Below the pieces are notes generated by a model. That model made no database searches and had not been told where the DNA came from. It was given only the letters and a program-made list of their open reading frames with translations. From contig OZ242214.1 in NCBI GenBank assembly GCA_965206595.1, forward strand, positions 3,840,001 through 3,904,000: a DNA stretch of 64,000 nucleotides, in the 5' to 3' direction. Shown in pieces: positions 62,901 to 64,000 of this stretch. This DNA is from Candidatus Latescibacterota bacterium (GTDB lineage Bacteria > Latescibacterota > UBA2968 > UBA8231). Both the position numbers and the translations under genes were made by a program. Every line of letters begins with the position of its first letter. Position 1 is the first letter of the stretch.

Positions 62901-64000
62901 CGGGACGCGGCCCGACGGGGTGACGCTGGGCAGCCAGAGCAGTGCGACGGTGACGCTGGCCGACGACGACGAACGCGGGGTGACGGTGACTCCGACCGCC
63001 CTGACGGTGGACGAGGGGGGCGACGAGACCTACACGGTGGTGCTGGACTCAGAGCCGACCGCGGACGTGGCGGTGACGGTGGCGGTTCCGCAGGACACGG
63101 ACGTGTCGGTGGACAAGACGAGCCTGACGTTCACCGCGGGCAACTGGAGTACGGCGCAGACGGTGACGGTCAGTGCGGCCGGGGACGACGACGCGGTGGT
63201 GGATGATGCGGTGACCCTGACGCACACCGTCAGCAGCACGGGCGACTACGCCAGCGAGACCGCCGCGGACGTGGCGGTGACGATCGCGGAGAACGACACG
63301 CCGACGTTGAGCATCGCGGATGAGAGCGTGGCCGAGGATGCCGGCAGCGCGACGTTCACGGTGACGCTGAGCGTGGCCAGCAGCAATGCAGTGACGGTGG
63401 ACTACGCCACCTCGAACGGAACGGGTCCTGAAGCGGCGACCGCGGGCGAGGACTACACGCTGACCAATGGCACGCTGACGTTCCCTGCGAACAGCACGGC
63501 GTCCCGGACGATCGCGGTTCCGATCACCGACGACGCGGTGGACGAGGCGGATGAAGAGACCTTCACCGTGACGCTGAGCAGCGCATCCAATGCGACCCTG
63601 GCGGGCGGACAGCCGACGCTGGCGGCGACGGGGACCATCACCGATGACGACGCGCGCGGGGTGACCGTGACTCCGACCGCCGTGACGGTGGACGAAGGAG
63701 GCGACGAGACCTACACGGTGGTGCTGGACTCAGAGCCGACCGCAGACGTGGCGGTGACGGTGACGGTTCCGCAGGGCACGGACGTATCGGTAGACAAGAC
63801 CTCGCTGACCTTCACGGCGGACAACTGGGACGATGAGCAGACGGTGACGGTCAGTGCGGCCGGGGACGACGACGCTGTGGTGGACGCTACAGTCACGCTG
63901 ACCCATTCGGTGAGCAGCACGGGCGACTACAACGGCGAGACCGCCGCGGACGTGGCGGTGACGATCGCGGAGAACGACACGCCGACGTTGAGCATCGCGG
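53965..64000 (+). CDS. Giant secreted adhesin with Calx-beta/Ig-like/cadherin-like repeats (>3,300 aa, 3' end outside the window)
   Basis: ATG 53965, signal peptide AVALVYLIAALVLLAPAGIWS; no in-frame stop seen; VTITDDD, ATAGEDY, LTFTADNW motifs; cadherin-like sandwich at ~56460-56760. Confidence 0.92.
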   Translation, partial: MYDSYDPLCPGPGAPRRAPPRLRSRNPAVALVYLIAALVLLAPAGIWSQVNRDNHLPEVSVSLVGGVLGTYEDFPVLEGNVIRFELTRTGALTAALAVELEVTYNGSRQTRTATFPAGEQTVAVDVATDENEVVDAAHHSLTVAIQPAATYQVSSESGRVSVAVPDDDIEIFVSRASLSPESVVEGETDYYVFEVSRNGDTSLELVSVYMFAQFGDGAVTTTGNVNFDAGKASTQARLRLPADDDLHQADFTVTYGVAEIVDQQEAHSYRRGDPHTATFRVLDDDLPVVGIAVAPESGDEGTDFQITATRDGTTGEFLTVLLSVTSSGDFGTVASSSVTFPLGAADTTLTLPTDDDDLDEADGTLTVTLDENDAYQIDADAGTRSVTVRDNDLVQVSISADHDDGVTEGETLTFTLARGAHNTDALDVTVEVSETGAMVADGLEGSRTVSFGSGQASVSFTVPTSNDQTVERESTVSAQIEDMDAYAPGSPSTASVTVRDDDQTVILTVAPDAVTEDGGAQTVTVTAALHDHTSTRDTPIDVTVSVAGETATAGTDFQAVADFPVTIPANARSGAGTFILNAIDDDAFEEDKTLTVGGAATGLKVTTATLTLTDEDVETLLQAVTRGGAETNATTVRDILIMRVFFKGAETVTGFAADDIEVTGGAITEFRRTDRSNGTIVHFVWIDAAEDAEMLTFVVRKDAIEEGNFRAEATYTVVPPFTVTLTSEATGPVQGDFVVLATFSEPVNSGTGGSESVANLFIVDEDVDVVHGRRLYSNKVSATQWRITIRPDAGFYGTLRVTIAENAASLLNNSHIFNQAAEFEILVDTVFDDAALASLSLSDPHGSGVGLDPAFSSGHTGYEAIFGRGVTVRVHAAVRDPGATFVIEPRFDQSDQSAGHDVLLTPGRATEITVTVTAEDRTTRRTYTVRLVNAIVTLAVTPSRIGEDGGSATVTATIDPPFTQEVRVTVAPEAVAPAARADFIVSDHNWLDFPANATAATGTVTITAVSNDLQTLDKEVRVNGTTRAAGVPVIGTTLTIEDDDRVAKLTLNPESVGEEGGEQTVTVTATIDPQSSTRDKATAVIVSVAGGTATEGTDFEAVPDFPVTIRANERSGAGTFNLNAIDDDAFEEDETIIVSGAPFTQTSTGATLTLTENDVPWVTMESTEASVEEGGSVTLTLTREGSVTNPLTIPGSLLRSRISRGEEYREHPVTFEAGEATATLTVGPPDDAVFYTHRQFNVELDTSDPRMFRLRRTLSSAAFISIESQTYFAFPVDDDDPVRVTITPQDDPVSEASRACFTVSTDMVFRTGVPAELTFAVTASQQGDFLSGAPGSHTVTLSNSTDANASETPTLCLDLDDDDEFEGDGSVTLQLGEGTVRLVVEDQERQAPVVVAADATVTVTVSDNDVPWVTMESAAASVDEGGSVTFTLTREGPLTDPLTIPGTLLRSKISFGHGYSAHPVTFEAGEATATLTVGPPDDEVFYTHRQFNVELDTRHPWMTDPRMFRLRHASSPAVFSTAESRTHFAFPVNDDDPVRVTITPQEDPVSEASRACFTVSTDVFFRLGVLAELTFAVAASQRGDFLAEAPGSHTVTLSNSTSDPNASKTPTLCLDLDDDNEFEGDGSVTLQLGEGTVRLVVDNEEREAPDVVAAEDGAGAATVDVFDNEIAQMVGYRLTSDLRDGTLHVPAPEEPGRVHLAEDHGVSFTIQRWGTDALGNVREGENYVNGFDIRIPIPPLTVNIDARIICFNGFDAPDLLAGPLPTTVVFPAGDEDGVEQDDLFVQQTLIEFVDDDVLECGSYIDVSIADGLYRRRPTSELADPSHRPQSPYALLEVAINDNDQPTTSITTNSESVEEGEDIVLTVTRRDNDIVSPLNTTLRVFRSNSRNVGFDSYVPGGEEVTLFQSSIGVPFGRNVTTVIRSLEIPDDDVDGDDFFLHFGFSPIYGDYHIPDGSHPVVRVTDDDTRGVTVSPTSLSIHEGSESSYTVKLDSEPTANVTVAVGGMAGTDVSVNPESLTFTRSKLNANNWNVAKTIVVSTREDADKLADVVRLTHTATGGDYGANGVTVDLEVTVEEDASIRLTLDPTSVPEDAGHYGPPPGGGGVSAWRGATVTVTATLNTAARTEDTVVRVSVDGNTASTSDLRQEVKRFNLTIPANAQSGEAQFTLIPLNDYTAEGDETLTVSGVLKVPVPWLTVESAELTLADDDEVSVLVEPTTLEIDEGSSATYSVALTSAPTEDVTISMTVSGDSDISVQPRSLTFTTTDWLVARARPVTVEAAADADAAAGTATIAHGVTTSGDYHGIVAASVTVTEKDNDTASTTATLSVSPSSVAERGGGQDVTVTATLNAATRTEDTVVRVSVAGNTAGTGDFQAVESFDLMIPANAPSGEVPFRLTPVADGVIEEDETVTVSGTVPVSSGLTVESATVTIIDDARGVTVSPTELTVDEGGDGTYTVVLTSEPTADVTVTVTTDLAGTDVSVDKTSLTFTADNWDDEQTVTVSAAADNDAVADETVTLTHSVSSTGDYASETADAVAVTIAETDTPTLSMSGVRADEDVGDMTFTVTLSLASSNQVTVAYATSNGTGAGAATAGEDYTLTNGTLTFPANSTASRTIAVPITDDAVDEPDEETFTVTLSSASNATLAGGQSTLAATGTITDDDERGVTVSETALDIDEGESGTYTVVLTSQPTGTVTVAMTTDLAGTDVSVDKTRLTFPADNWDDEQTVTVSAAGDEDAVVDDAVTLTHAVTGGDYGTNGVTADPVAVTIVEDDTPTLSMADVRADEDVGETVFTVTLSVASSNEVMVQYRTSDGTAAAGSDYTETTGTLTFEAGTTTAQEIRVAITDDAVDEEEEETFTVTLHSAANATLAGAQATLAATGTIVDNDDPAVTVAFATGTYTATEGGAAATVQVQLSGDPERTVDIPLTHTPGTDVAAADYSGVPASVTFASGETEKTFAVTATDDDVDEDEETVTLGFGTRPDGVTLGSQSSATVTLADDDERGVTVTPTALTVDEGGDETYTVVLDSEPTADVAVTVAVPQDTDVSVDKTSLTFTAGNWSTAQTVTVSAAGDDDAVVDDAVTLTHTVSSTGDYASETAADVAVTIAENDTPTLSIADESVAEDAGSATFTVTLSVASSNAVTVDYATSNGTGPEAATAGEDYTLTNGTLTFPANSTASRTIAVPITDDAVDEADEETFTVTLSSASNATLAGGQPTLAATGTITDDDARGVTVTPTAVTVDEGGDETYTVVLDSEPTADVAVTVTVPQGTDVSVDKTSLTFTADNWDDEQTVTVSAAGDDDAVVDATVTLTHSVSSTGDYNGETAADVAVTIAENDTPTLSIA
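57433..58928 (+). repeat. Tandem ~750-bp two-domain duplication inside the adhesin
   Basis: 57433-58157 and 58186-58928 both begin AATGACGTGCCGTGGGTGACGATGGAGAGC. Confidence 0.92.
61270..64000 (+). repeat. ~690-bp alternating Ig-like/Calx-beta repeat units
   Basis: RGVTV..L.VDEG...YTVVL units start near 61273, 61957, 62974 and 63655 with long identical DNA stretches. Confidence 0.88.

Overview
High-GC bacterial window with no CRISPR array, rRNA, reverse transcriptase or intact mobile element. The gene repertoire (PhyH-family Fe/2OG dioxygenases, orphan glycoside-hydrolase-like proteins, secreted proteins ending in a WGxIK tail, a giant Calx-beta adhesin) resembles marine/sponge-associated Latescibacterota/Poribacteria-like genomes; this is inference only. 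1-39 kb: mostly orphan catabolic enzymes and tRNA-Arg(UCG), interrupted by a decayed IS patch (13.2-16.4 kb) with an unexplained ~100-bp degenerate repeat array. 39.7-43.8 kb: a compositionally atypical island with a two-gene candidate defence operon (TIR + unknown domain + ABC/AAA_21-type ATPase in one protein, then a DUF4276/TOPRIM-like gene) beside a degenerate tRNA-fMet 3' remnant. 45.5-64 kb: two duplicated REC-PAS-histidine kinases and a sigma54 enhancer-binding regulator. A conserved enhancer plus -24/-12 promoter block lies upstream of both the regulator operon and a >3,300-aa adhesin ORF that runs off the window and is missing from the ORF track. All family calls come from reading motifs by eye; no searches were run.
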